Part shown: one piece after another, positions 33,585 to 41,937 of the stretch
Position numbering within the stretch: position 1 is the first letter of the stretch
Layout: each line of letters starts with the position of its first letter
From: Candidatus Falkowbacteria bacterium
GTDB taxonomy: Bacteria; Patescibacteriota; Patescibacteriia; Patescibacteriales; UBA12465
Direction of reading: 5' to 3'
NCBI GenBank assembly: GCA_026396805.1
Contig: JAPLVZ010000016.1
Location: 8,122 to 72,121, forward strand
Length of the DNA stretch: 64,000 nt
Notes under the pieces: generated by a model
Databases searched by the model: none
Told to the model about the DNA's origin: nothing
What the model saw: the letters and a program-made list of their open reading frames with translations, nothing else
Translations under genes and position numbers: made by a program

Positions 33585-34175
33585 TTATAAGTTAGCGGCC
33601 ACGAATTTCCAATTAACGAGATTACGCAGGACCGCTTCAATATAATCGGCGCGGCGATTCTGATAATCAAGATAATAGGCATGTTCCCAGACGTCCAAAA
33701 CCCAAAGCGGTTTTAAATTATACGCCAGAGGATTGTCCGCGTTGGCGGTTTTCATAATTTTTAAATTCTCACCATCTTTAACCAGCCAGACCCAGCCGCT
33801 GCCGAAAACTCCAATCGCGGCCGCTTTAAATTCATTGTAAAAATTATCCAGCGAGGTGAAATTTTTATTGATTAACGCCAAGAGTTCCGGAGCCGGTTCC
33901 ATCGGAACGGTAGCCGGACGCAAACCGCGCCAAAAAAAATCATGATTATAGGCTTGAGCGGCGTTATTAAATATGCCCACCTTATCCGGATTGTTCGCCG
34001 TTTTGATGATGATATTTTCCAAAGTTTCCTGCTCCAAACCCGTTCCGATTACTAGCTTATTAAGATTATCAATATAAGTTTGGTGATGCTTGCCATAATG
34101 GAATTCCAGGGTCCGCGCGGACATTGACGGCTCCAAAGCCATTTTTTCATAAGGCAATAGCGGTAAGGTAAACAT
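33585..34175 (-). CDS. Fe/Mn superoxide dismutase
   Basis: LPYEKMALEP...EFHYGKHHQTY...DVWEHAYYLDYQNRR. Confidence 0.95.
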   Translation of the reverse strand: MFTLPLLPYEKMALEPSMSARTLEFHYGKHHQTYIDNLNKLVIGTGLEQETLENIIIKTANNPDKVGIFNNAAQAYNHDFFWRGLRPATVPMEPAPELLALINKNFTSLDNFYNEFKAAAIGVFGSGWVWLVKDGENLKIMKTANADNPLAYNLKPLWVLDVWEHAYYLDYQNRRADYIEAVLRNLVNWKFVAANL

Positions 34176-34214
34176 AAAATTATTATTAATGGATTATAAA
34201 TAAATTACTAAGAC

Positions 34215-34223
34215 ATTATAGCA
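34215..34223 (-). promoter_or_regulatory. extended -10 promoter element TGCTATAAT upstream of the SOD gene
   Basis: Minus-strand TGC-TATAAT. It is the same 9-mer as at the gap promoter. Confidence 0.45.
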
Positions 34224-34284
34224 AAAAAATCGGTTTCGAGCTATTAAATTGGGGCGTGAAGAAAGAAGACGAGGGGTTTTTGAT

Positions 34285-34320
34285 AATAAAAAAGGCGGCT
34301 GTCGATAAGGCAGCCTTTGA
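34285..34320 (-). terminator. probable terminator after the OMP-decarboxylase-family gene
   Basis: On the minus strand, AAAGGCTG...CAGCC(GCC)TTTTTT forms an imperfect stem. Confidence 0.4.
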
Positions 34321-34370
34321 CTTTTCAATACTTTAATCCGCAGTTTCCAAGTAATTATCCTAACTACAGG

Positions 34371-35186
34371 CTATAACACACTGGCTGCGTTAATTTCTGC
34401 AATCGTACGAGCTCGGCTCTCTTCCGGAGTGATGTTGAGAAGAGGATTCCCTTCTCTCATTTGAGCGCCCATAACGACATAAGTCGCGCCTTTTTCCAGA
34501 GCCTTCCGGACGCCAGTCGTGCGCTTCTGATGTTCATCGGGTTTTTTCATCCATTCATCGCGGATGCCGGGCACGATAAAACCGTAATCGTTCGACAGGT
34601 TTCTTTTCAAAAAATCAAGTTCATGCGCCGAACAAACAATCAAATCAAATGGTTCTTCGGATAAATTCCAGCTCTCATCTGCGTCAATTTTTTGTTTATA
34701 AATCCGACGGATGTTTTGCAAATCATTATAAATCTTAATTTCCGAGGTCATTCCGAAACGGGCTAGACATTCTTCTTGACTTATATCAGTTGGCACGCTG
34801 ACCAGCGCCAGTTTAGTTTCCGGAAGTAAACGTCTCAACTTCAGTATACCGTCAACGCTGCAATTGGCGCAGACGGTCAGAATATCAGGGATGAATCCTT
34901 CGTTTTTGTATTTCTTTAAAACGTTGACTAAGGTGGCGGAAACATCGAAAATCTTAAGATCTAAAAAGATCTTGGCTTCAGAATCCAGTTCCTTTAAAAG
35001 AGAGGCCGTCAGCATAACAACGGCCGGACCGCCCACATCGGGCTGATGAACACCATCGTTTAATTTAATGTGTGACACAAGTCGATTGACATCGGGATCA
35101 GTAAAAAATTTGGAAACTCCCGCCAGTAAAGCCTCGGCGTTAGGGTAAGTGTCGAGAGGCAAAATAATCATTGGTGTTTGTAACAT
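34371..35186 (-). CDS. orotidine-5'-phosphate decarboxylase superfamily protein (divergent)
   Basis: The DxKxxD motif is in IFLDLKIFDVSAT. ILPLD, HIKLN and YVVMGAQ segments are collinear with PyrF. A strong SD (AAGGAGG) lies 7 nt upstream of the ATG. Confidence 0.65.
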   Translation of the reverse strand: MLQTPMIILPLDTYPNAEALLAGVSKFFTDPDVNRLVSHIKLNDGVHQPDVGGPAVVMLTASLLKELDSEAKIFLDLKIFDVSATLVNVLKKYKNEGFIPDILTVCANCSVDGILKLRRLLPETKLALVSVPTDISQEECLARFGMTSEIKIYNDLQNIRRIYKQKIDADESWNLSEEPFDLIVCSAHELDFLKRNLSNDYGFIVPGIRDEWMKKPDEHQKRTTGVRKALEKGATYVVMGAQMREGNPLLNITPEESRARTIAEINAASVL

Positions 35187-35347
35187 TTTAATTCCTCCTT
35201 AAATTTTAGTTAAACAATTTATTGGATATTTATTCTATTATTAAATAACAAATTTCCCAATATCTTCTCATAAATAGCAACAAAAGTCAAATGAAAAATA
35301 TCGGCGATATATCTGACAGACGGGTCTTATATCTTTATTAATCCGTC

Positions 35348-35887
35348 CTAAACAATTCTCCCTCTTAATTCCCTCCTTAATCTTTCATAATCCGGCACGG
35401 TTTTTGACACCAGCCCCCAGAAGCGGACGGAATGATTCATTTCCCGCAAATGGCATAATTCATGAACGATAATATAATCAGCCGCGGCCGGAGTCAGTTC
35501 CAACAAGCGATAGCTGAAATTAAGATTTCCGGTGCGCGAACAACTGCCCCAGCGCGTTTTTTGGTCGCGGATGCTTATCCGCTGATATTTAAAATTATAA
35601 AAACGATTAAAATATTCTAAACGGCTAATAACGAGAGCGCGCGCCTCTTCTTTGTGTTTCAAATAATCCTGACGATTATGCGGTCTGACTAAAGGCGCCG
35701 GCATATTTTTAAAATGTTCCAGTTTCGCTTTGACCCATTCCGTCTTGGAACGCAAAAAAGCTTCAGCCGCGGCCTTACTTAAAAAATATGGTTTAGTGAT
35801 GACGACTCGCCCGTCGTGATGAACCGCCAAGCGCAGACGACGTGACCGGCGAACGGTTTTAATGATGTAAGAGAAATCGGATTTCAT
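35348..35887 (-). CDS. YgjP/DUF45-type zinc metallohydrolase
   Basis: RWGSCS...YIIVHELCHLREMNHSVRFW (HExxH). Confidence 0.85.
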   Translation of the reverse strand: MKSDFSYIIKTVRRSRRLRLAVHHDGRVVITKPYFLSKAAAEAFLRSKTEWVKAKLEHFKNMPAPLVRPHNRQDYLKHKEEARALVISRLEYFNRFYNFKYQRISIRDQKTRWGSCSRTGNLNFSYRLLELTPAAADYIIVHELCHLREMNHSVRFWGLVSKTVPDYERLRRELRGRIV

Positions 35888-36153
35888 TATTCCAAACTTA
35901 TAATCTGAATCCCCTTCTCCATGATTTCTTCTTTCGGCCAGAAAAGCTCATCAATTTTAAATTGTTTGACGTAAGTTACTTTTTTTTCTAACTTCCGTCC
36001 CGTATATTCTTTTTTCTTCTCGTCCCATTCTTCTAGAAGCATAATATCACCTTCTTTAATTTCAAAATCATTGAGGCGCAATTCAAACTTTTTCTTGCCG
36101 GAAGCGATGGCGACGAAATATTCCGGTAGAATTTTCTTTTTTATGACGGCCAT
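35887..36153 (-). CDS. small ASCH/PUA-like (DUF3850-like) protein
   Basis: 88 aa: ILPEYFVAIASGKKKFELRLNDFEIKEGDIMLLEE. Its stop overlaps the next start (TAATG). Confidence 0.55.
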   Translation of the reverse strand: MAVIKKKILPEYFVAIASGKKKFELRLNDFEIKEGDIMLLEEWDEKKKEYTGRKLEKKVTYVKQFKIDELFWPKEEIMEKGIQIISLE

Positions 36154-36175
36154 ATAAAGTCGGTTAATTATTTAT

Positions 36176-37186
36176 TTATTTATTTCTCTTCCCTTTTAAT
36201 TGCCCGCAGGCGGCATCAATACTGGAACCGAAACTTAAACGAACGGTCGCGGGCACGCCGTTATCTTCTAAGATTTTCTTAAAAGCATCAATGCGCTCGC
36301 GGTCGGACGATTTAAATTTTCCGGTGGCGTTATAAGGAATAAGATTAACCAGATACAAAGGTTTTTTCATGAGTTTGACGAGCTCAAGCGCGTCCTTATC
36401 CGTATCGTTAACACCCTTAATCATCAAGTATTCAAACATGACGCGACGGCCGGTTTTCGTAATATAATTATCAACCGCCCGAAAAATCTCATGAAGCGGA
36501 TATTTTTTCGCGACTGGGATCAGCGACTGGCGCAAATTATCAAAGGCGGCGTGAAGTGAAATCGCCAAATTAATCTGGAGCTGCTCGCCGGCCAGACGCT
36601 TTATCCCTTCGGTGATGCCGACGGTCGAAACCGACAAGCGGCGCGCGCCGATATTGAAAGTTTCCGGATTATTCAAAAATTTCACCGCCTTGATAAACTC
36701 GACATAATTCAAGAACGGTTCGCCCATGCCCATGAAAACTAGGTTATCAATCTTTTCGCCTCGGCCTTCTGTTTTCAGATAACGCGCCCAAAACAAAACC
36801 TGTTCCACTATTTCCTCGGCCATCAAATTCCGACTAAAGCCGTTCATGCCGGTCGCGCAGAAAGCGCAACCCAAAGGACAGCCGGCTTGAGAGGAAACGC
36901 AGACCGTATTGCGCGCTTCTTTTTGGCGGATCAAGACGGTTTCAATCGTTTCGCCGTCGGCTAAAGTAATTAAAGCTTTCAGACTTTTCAGACCGCCAGA
37001 GGACTTAAAAACCTCGGCCTTTATTTCCAAAGGGCAATCGGCCGCCAAAGTTTCGCGCAAAACCTTGGGCAAATTAGATGCTTCTTCCCAAGAAGAAATA
37101 TATTCCTGCCAGAGCGCTTTATTTATTTGCGCATAGCGAAACTTCGGCTCATTTTTTAAAATGTCACTTAATTTTTCTAAATTCAT
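36176..37186 (-). CDS. rlmN: 23S rRNA/tRNA adenine-C2 methyltransferase RlmN (radical SAM)
   Basis: FRYAQINKALW, SSQAGCPLGCAFCATG, GMGEP. The start is moved to ATG 37186 because the track start is TTG. Confidence 0.9.
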   Translation of the reverse strand: MNLEKLSDILKNEPKFRYAQINKALWQEYISSWEEASNLPKVLRETLAADCPLEIKAEVFKSSGGLKSLKALITLADGETIETVLIRQKEARNTVCVSSQAGCPLGCAFCATGMNGFSRNLMAEEIVEQVLFWARYLKTEGRGEKIDNLVFMGMGEPFLNYVEFIKAVKFLNNPETFNIGARRLSVSTVGITEGIKRLAGEQLQINLAISLHAAFDNLRQSLIPVAKKYPLHEIFRAVDNYITKTGRRVMFEYLMIKGVNDTDKDALELVKLMKKPLYLVNLIPYNATGKFKSSDRERIDAFKKILEDNGVPATVRLSFGSSIDAACGQLKGKRNK

Positions 37187-37229
37187 AAAATTATTTTGAC
37201 AATTTTCCAATTTTTTAATTTTCAATATT

Positions 37230-38339
37230 TTATTTTTTCTTCAGGGTTATCTTGACGATTTCACTCCGGGCGGCCGTGCGTAGCGGCGGTCCCCAGGAAC
37301 CGACGCCGCCGTTAACGACCAGATTAAAATCACCTTCGGTAAATAGGCCGTAACCATAACCTTGATACGCCCATTTGGCCACTAGATTAAAGGGCCAGAG
37401 CTGACCGTCATGAGTGTGGCCGGATAATTGCAAATCGATGCCGGCGCTCTTAGCCAGAGCGATATTTTTCGGCGTGTGGAATAATAAGATACTGGGTTTA
37501 GTCTCACTATAGCCGGTTTGGGCTAGAATCGCTTTTTCCAGATTAAAATTATTGTCAAAAGAATAACTGATTCCGATAAGTTGGAGGCCGTCGCTTATTT
37601 CTAAACGATTATCCAAGATAGTTACTTTATTCCCTCTTAAAAGATTGATGACGCGATCAAAACCGAGATATAAGTCATGGTTACCCAGACCATAATAAAC
37701 TCCCTTGGGCGCTTCCAGACGATTAAGCGGATGATTCAGCCAAGAAAAATCCGACTCCATCCCATCGAACAGATCGCCGGTGATAAAAACCGCTTCCGGT
37801 TGCAAATCGTTTATTTTTGTCACCAAACGGTCAAAGAAACGCTGGCGATAAACCGGTCCGAGATGAACATCGGAAATCTGGACAATCGCCTTGTTATTCC
37901 AAGCGTCCGGCAGATCCTTAATCTTCACTTCATATTCCACGACTCGCGGCACGATGGCGCGATAAACGCCGATAAAAGAAAATAAGAGACTGACGGCGAC
38001 AAAACCGATCTTAAAAGCCATATCCGGAATCTGAAAACCGAAAATATAACCGGCCAACTTTATTATTAAAATCATTAAAGTGGCCAGACCGATATTAACT
38101 AACAGCCCGATCCAGAAACCGGCCAATATATAATACCAGCGGGTAAAAAAATTATCCCATTTATGAATAAGGTAGGAGGAGAGGATGGTGCTAAAAAATA
38201 AAACCAAAATGATCAGCGCGGCGCTGAATTGGGCCGGTAAAGAAACAAGATGAAAAAATTTCACTATCGTAAACCAAAAAAGAGCGTGCCCGGCTAAGAG
38301 CACGGCCAAAGCAACTCCAAAAAAGATAAACTGCATCAT
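37230..38339 (-). CDS. membrane-anchored metallophosphoesterase
   Basis: An N-terminal TM region, then SDVHLG, TGDLFDG, GNHD, GHTHDGQ. The start is moved to ATG 38339 to remove a 59-nt overlap with eno. Confidence 0.85.
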   Translation of the reverse strand: MMQFIFFGVALAVLLAGHALFWFTIVKFFHLVSLPAQFSAALIILVLFFSTILSSYLIHKWDNFFTRWYYILAGFWIGLLVNIGLATLMILIIKLAGYIFGFQIPDMAFKIGFVAVSLLFSFIGVYRAIVPRVVEYEVKIKDLPDAWNNKAIVQISDVHLGPVYRQRFFDRLVTKINDLQPEAVFITGDLFDGMESDFSWLNHPLNRLEAPKGVYYGLGNHDLYLGFDRVINLLRGNKVTILDNRLEISDGLQLIGISYSFDNNFNLEKAILAQTGYSETKPSILLFHTPKNIALAKSAGIDLQLSGHTHDGQLWPFNLVAKWAYQGYGYGLFTEGDFNLVVNGGVGSWGPPLRTAARSEIVKITLKKK

Positions 38340-38343
38340 ATGA

Positions 38344-39633
38344 TTATTTCCCGGCGAACGGAAAACGCGCGTAAACGGCTCGTTTACCCAGTTCCGCCTC
38401 AATCTCCAGTAAGCGATTATACTTGGCGGTGCGCTCGCCGCGCGCCGGCGCTCCGGTCTTTATCTGGCCGACGCCAAGAGCTACGGCCAGATCGGCGATA
38501 AAAGCGTCTTCGGTTTCGCCGCTGCGATGAGAAATAATCGCCGTCATTTTATTCCGGCGGGCGAGCAAAATCGCGCTCACGGTTTCCGTCAAGGTTCCGA
38601 CCTGATTAAGCTTGATTAAAATAGAGTTGGTTGATTTGGCCGCGATTCCCTTGGTCAGCCTGGCCACGTTTGTCACATAGAGATCGTCGCCGACGACTTG
38701 AACGAGATTCTTATTAGCCGCGGTAAATTCCTTAAAAAACGCGAAGTCATCTTCCGCGAACGCGTCTTCAAAAGAATAAATCGGATATTTAGTCTGTAAG
38801 TCGTTATAAAAATCAATCAGCTCGGAACCGCTTAGAACTTTATTTTCTTTCTTTAAATTATAAGCGCCGTCAGAATAAAATTCCGTCGCCGCCGCGTCAA
38901 GACCGAAAACGATGTCTTCGCCCAAAGTATAACCGGCGACGCGAACCGCTTCCGCTAGCAGGGCCAAAGGCTCTTCGTTATTTTTGACGGCCGGAGCGAA
39001 ACCGCCCTCATCGCCGACCGTGATATTATAACCGCGATCTTGCAGAACTTTTTTCAAGGCCGAATAAACTTCCGTTCCGATTCGAACCGCACCCGCGATT
39101 GTTTTAGCGCCGATAGGTAAAATTAAATATTCCTGGATATCGGTCGCCCAATTCGCATGCTTGCCGCCGTTTAAAACATTCATCAGCGGCACCGGCAATT
39201 CGTATTGACCGTTAAAATCCGGATTCAATTTTGCCAAATACTCATATAAAGGAATATTCAAGCCATTAGCCGCCGCCCGCGCCGCCGCCAGTGAAACCGC
39301 CAAAATAGCGTTCGCGCCTAGTTTAGCTTTATTGGCCGTCCCGTCCAATTTGATCATGATACTATCTATCTCCGCTTGACTCTCCGGATCCAAACCGATA
39401 AGCGCCGGCTTTATTTTGGTGGTAATATTCTTAACGGCCGTTAAAACGCCTAAACCATTATAACGGTTCTTATCGCCGTCGCGCAGTTCCACGGCTTCAT
39501 AACTGCCGGTGGAAGCGCCGCTGGGAACCAGCGCCGTTCCGCTTGCGCCGTTATCTAAAATTACGGTCGCGGACACGGTCGGATGGCCGCGGGAGTCTAA
39601 GATTTCTAAAGCTTTGATATTTTTTATTTTCAT
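38344..39633 (-). CDS. eno: enolase
   Basis: EILDSRGHPTV...SGETEDAFIADLAV...KTGAPARGERTAKYN. Confidence 0.97.
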   Translation of the reverse strand: MKIKNIKALEILDSRGHPTVSATVILDNGASGTALVPSGASTGSYEAVELRDGDKNRYNGLGVLTAVKNITTKIKPALIGLDPESQAEIDSIMIKLDGTANKAKLGANAILAVSLAAARAAANGLNIPLYEYLAKLNPDFNGQYELPVPLMNVLNGGKHANWATDIQEYLILPIGAKTIAGAVRIGTEVYSALKKVLQDRGYNITVGDEGGFAPAVKNNEEPLALLAEAVRVAGYTLGEDIVFGLDAAATEFYSDGAYNLKKENKVLSGSELIDFYNDLQTKYPIYSFEDAFAEDDFAFFKEFTAANKNLVQVVGDDLYVTNVARLTKGIAAKSTNSILIKLNQVGTLTETVSAILLARRNKMTAIISHRSGETEDAFIADLAVALGVGQIKTGAPARGERTAKYNRLLEIEAELGKRAVYARFPFAGK

Positions 39634-39669
39634 ATAACTTCTTTATAAGGTTTTAAAAATATTACATAT

Positions 39670-40698
39670 TTAACAAACAAGACAGTCTCTATTAATATAG
39701 CGTTCCGTCCTTTCGATGACTTTTTTCAGCATCTTAACCGCCGCCAGACCGTGGTCGCCGATCGCGGTTTCGTCCGACAGCATGACCATATCGCCGCCGT
39801 CTAAAATCGCATTGGCGATATCGGAAACTTCGGCGCGCGTCGGGCTTTGATTTTGAATCATGGAGGTCATGACTTGAGTCGCGATGATCGCCGGCGTATG
39901 ATGCCAGTGGGCATGGCGGATAAGATTCTTCTGAACTATCGGCAATTCTTCTATCGGCGTCTCAATGCCTAAATCGCCGCGCGCAATCATAATGACATCG
40001 GAAGCGACAATTATTCTGTCAATATTTTTTAAAGCGATGGCGCGTTCAATTTTGGAAATAATCTTAACGTTCTTATGCTTACCGATTAAGCGGCGCAATC
40101 TAAAAACATCACTGGCGGTCTGGACAAAAGACAAACCGATATAATCAACCCCCGCTCTCAAGCCGAATTTAAGATCCTTGATATCTTTCGGCGTCAAACC
40201 GCCCTTCTTCATGTTCGTATGCGGCACATTAATACCCTTATGGGAGCTTAGTAACCCGCCATAGATAACTTCGGCCCTAATTATCTTCCCCTTAACTTCT
40301 TTAACAATCAATTCTATTTCACCGTTACAGAGATATAGGGGTTGGTTTTTCTTAATATCGCGGCGCAAGTCGGCGTTATCGATCGGTATCGCTCCACCCT
40401 TCTTATAAGGAAGCGCGGAATAAGTAAAATTATAAGTTTCGCCGTCTTTAAGAATGATACCGCCTCCGGGCATCTTGCCGACGCGGATGCGCGGACCCTG
40501 GAGATCTAATAAAATCTTAATCTTGCGTTCAGAAGTCTTATTAAAAGTATCTAGTAACGCCTTAACGCGCTTATACTGTTCATAACTGGCATGAGAAAAA
40601 TTAACCCGGATGATGTCCACGCCGGCTTCTATTAAAGCTAACAGTTTCTCGGGAGCTTCGGATTTCGGCCCGATTGTGGCGATAATTTTAGTTATCAT
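39670..40698 (-). CDS. pyk: pyruvate kinase, short form lacking the C-terminal regulatory domain
   Basis: KIIATIGP...RVNFSH...MIARGDLGIE...MLSDETA. It ends after the A domain at 342 aa. Confidence 0.88.
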   Translation of the reverse strand: MITKIIATIGPKSEAPEKLLALIEAGVDIIRVNFSHASYEQYKRVKALLDTFNKTSERKIKILLDLQGPRIRVGKMPGGGIILKDGETYNFTYSALPYKKGGAIPIDNADLRRDIKKNQPLYLCNGEIELIVKEVKGKIIRAEVIYGGLLSSHKGINVPHTNMKKGGLTPKDIKDLKFGLRAGVDYIGLSFVQTASDVFRLRRLIGKHKNVKIISKIERAIALKNIDRIIVASDVIMIARGDLGIETPIEELPIVQKNLIRHAHWHHTPAIIATQVMTSMIQNQSPTRAEVSDIANAILDGGDMVMLSDETAIGDHGLAAVKMLKKVIERTERYINRDCLVC

Positions 40699-40761
40699 TA
40701 ATTTAAAATTAGTAATTACTAAAGTAGTATAAGAGAAAAATAAGATTAGAACAAGGCCAAA

Positions 40762-41871
40762 CTACTTTTTATCTTTAATCTTAGATAAATCTTCAATAAA
40801 ATTTTGATAAAATTCCAGATTATTTAAACTGGCCAATTTATGGCCGAGCGGCTCGTTCAACCGAAAGAGATGATGGAGATAAGCGCGGGAATTTCGTCTT
40901 AACTCCGGTAAACGACTGTTTTTATTTATCGGTCTGAAGTCGGCGGCGAATTTCGCGTTATTGATATTAACATTCTCGTATTTCGGAAATTTCTTTAAAA
41001 AAAATAATTTTCCGTGCCGACCTTCGCGCGTCGGGATGACGCAATCAAACATATCCCAGCCCATGTTCGCGCACCGATAAATATCCTCCGGCGTGCCGAC
41101 GCCGAGCGCGAAACGCAGAGCGCTTGCCGGAATAAAATCGGCCGTCGCTTGCAGGACCTCGCCTAAAAATTTTCCTTCCTTATCAACCGGACGCGCCCCG
41201 AAACTGTAGCCGTCAAAACCGATTTTCACTAATTCCTCGGCGCAACGCGAGCGCAAATCTATTTCCGCGCCGCCTTGGATAACCGCGAATAAGAGCGGCC
41301 GCGCGGCGTCGCTTAATTTTCGTTTCTTCAACTGTTTAAGATATTCCGTCTTACAGCGCTTAGCCCAAACGATAGTCCGCGTCACCGCTTTCTCCAAATC
41401 CGGACGAGAAAAATCATTCGGCGGGCAATCATCCAGACAGACCATCATATCCGTGCCCAGCGTGAATTGGATCTGGATGGATTTTTCCGGAGTGAGCTCA
41501 TGTTGAGAACCGTCCAGGGGCGAATGAAAAATAACTTTATCGTCCGTAATCTTCCCCAGCCGGCTATTTTTATGGATAAGCGAAAAAATTTGGAAACCGC
41601 CGGAGTCCGACAAAAGCGGTCCGGACCAATCCATAAATTTATGGAGACCGCCGGCCCGCTCAATTATCTTTAACCCCGGTTGAAGATATAAATGGAAAGT
41701 ATTGACGACCAGCGCGCCGGTTCGCGTGCGCGCGACCGCTTCGTTATCGGTTAATTTAATAAAACCGCGCGTCGCGTCCGGCAAGAAAAAAGGCGTCGAC
41801 AAAGAACCGTGAGCGGTCTTCAAGACTCCGCGGCGCGAACCGGACTTTAGTATCTTAGTTATTTTAAACAT
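40762..41871 (-). CDS. tgt: tRNA-guanine transglycosylase family protein, divergent (no zinc-ligand cysteines)
   Basis: LSDSGGFQ, LFAVIQGG, LGVGTPEDI and MFDCVIPTREGRHG are present. There is no Cys after FDC, where bacterial Tgt has CxCxxC...H. Confidence 0.85.
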   Translation of the reverse strand: MFKITKILKSGSRRGVLKTAHGSLSTPFFLPDATRGFIKLTDNEAVARTRTGALVVNTFHLYLQPGLKIIERAGGLHKFMDWSGPLLSDSGGFQIFSLIHKNSRLGKITDDKVIFHSPLDGSQHELTPEKSIQIQFTLGTDMMVCLDDCPPNDFSRPDLEKAVTRTIVWAKRCKTEYLKQLKKRKLSDAARPLLFAVIQGGAEIDLRSRCAEELVKIGFDGYSFGARPVDKEGKFLGEVLQATADFIPASALRFALGVGTPEDIYRCANMGWDMFDCVIPTREGRHGKLFFLKKFPKYENVNINNAKFAADFRPINKNSRLPELRRNSRAYLHHLFRLNEPLGHKLASLNNLEFYQNFIEDLSKIKDKK

Positions 41872-41873
41872 AA

Positions 41874-41897
41874 TTATTTTCCGTGTTATTTTCCGCG
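41874..41897. repeat. 12-bp tandem duplication (TTATTTTCCGYG x2) just upstream of the tgt start
   Basis: Region 41874-85 versus 41886-97 is identical at 11 of 12 positions. Confidence 0.85.
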
Positions 41898-41937
41898 ACT
41901 GCCCTGAGCGGTTATCCTCTTTGACCGGTCTACTTAA

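Noticed and set aside
38340-38402. N-terminal extensions from the track starts of several genes (38402, 24388, 29568, 37225, 27120, 53360, 59671, 11289)
   Set aside because: These starts are TTG codons that create overlaps with upstream genes or add non-homologous residues. In-frame ATGs a few codons downstream give N-termini that match the family consensus.
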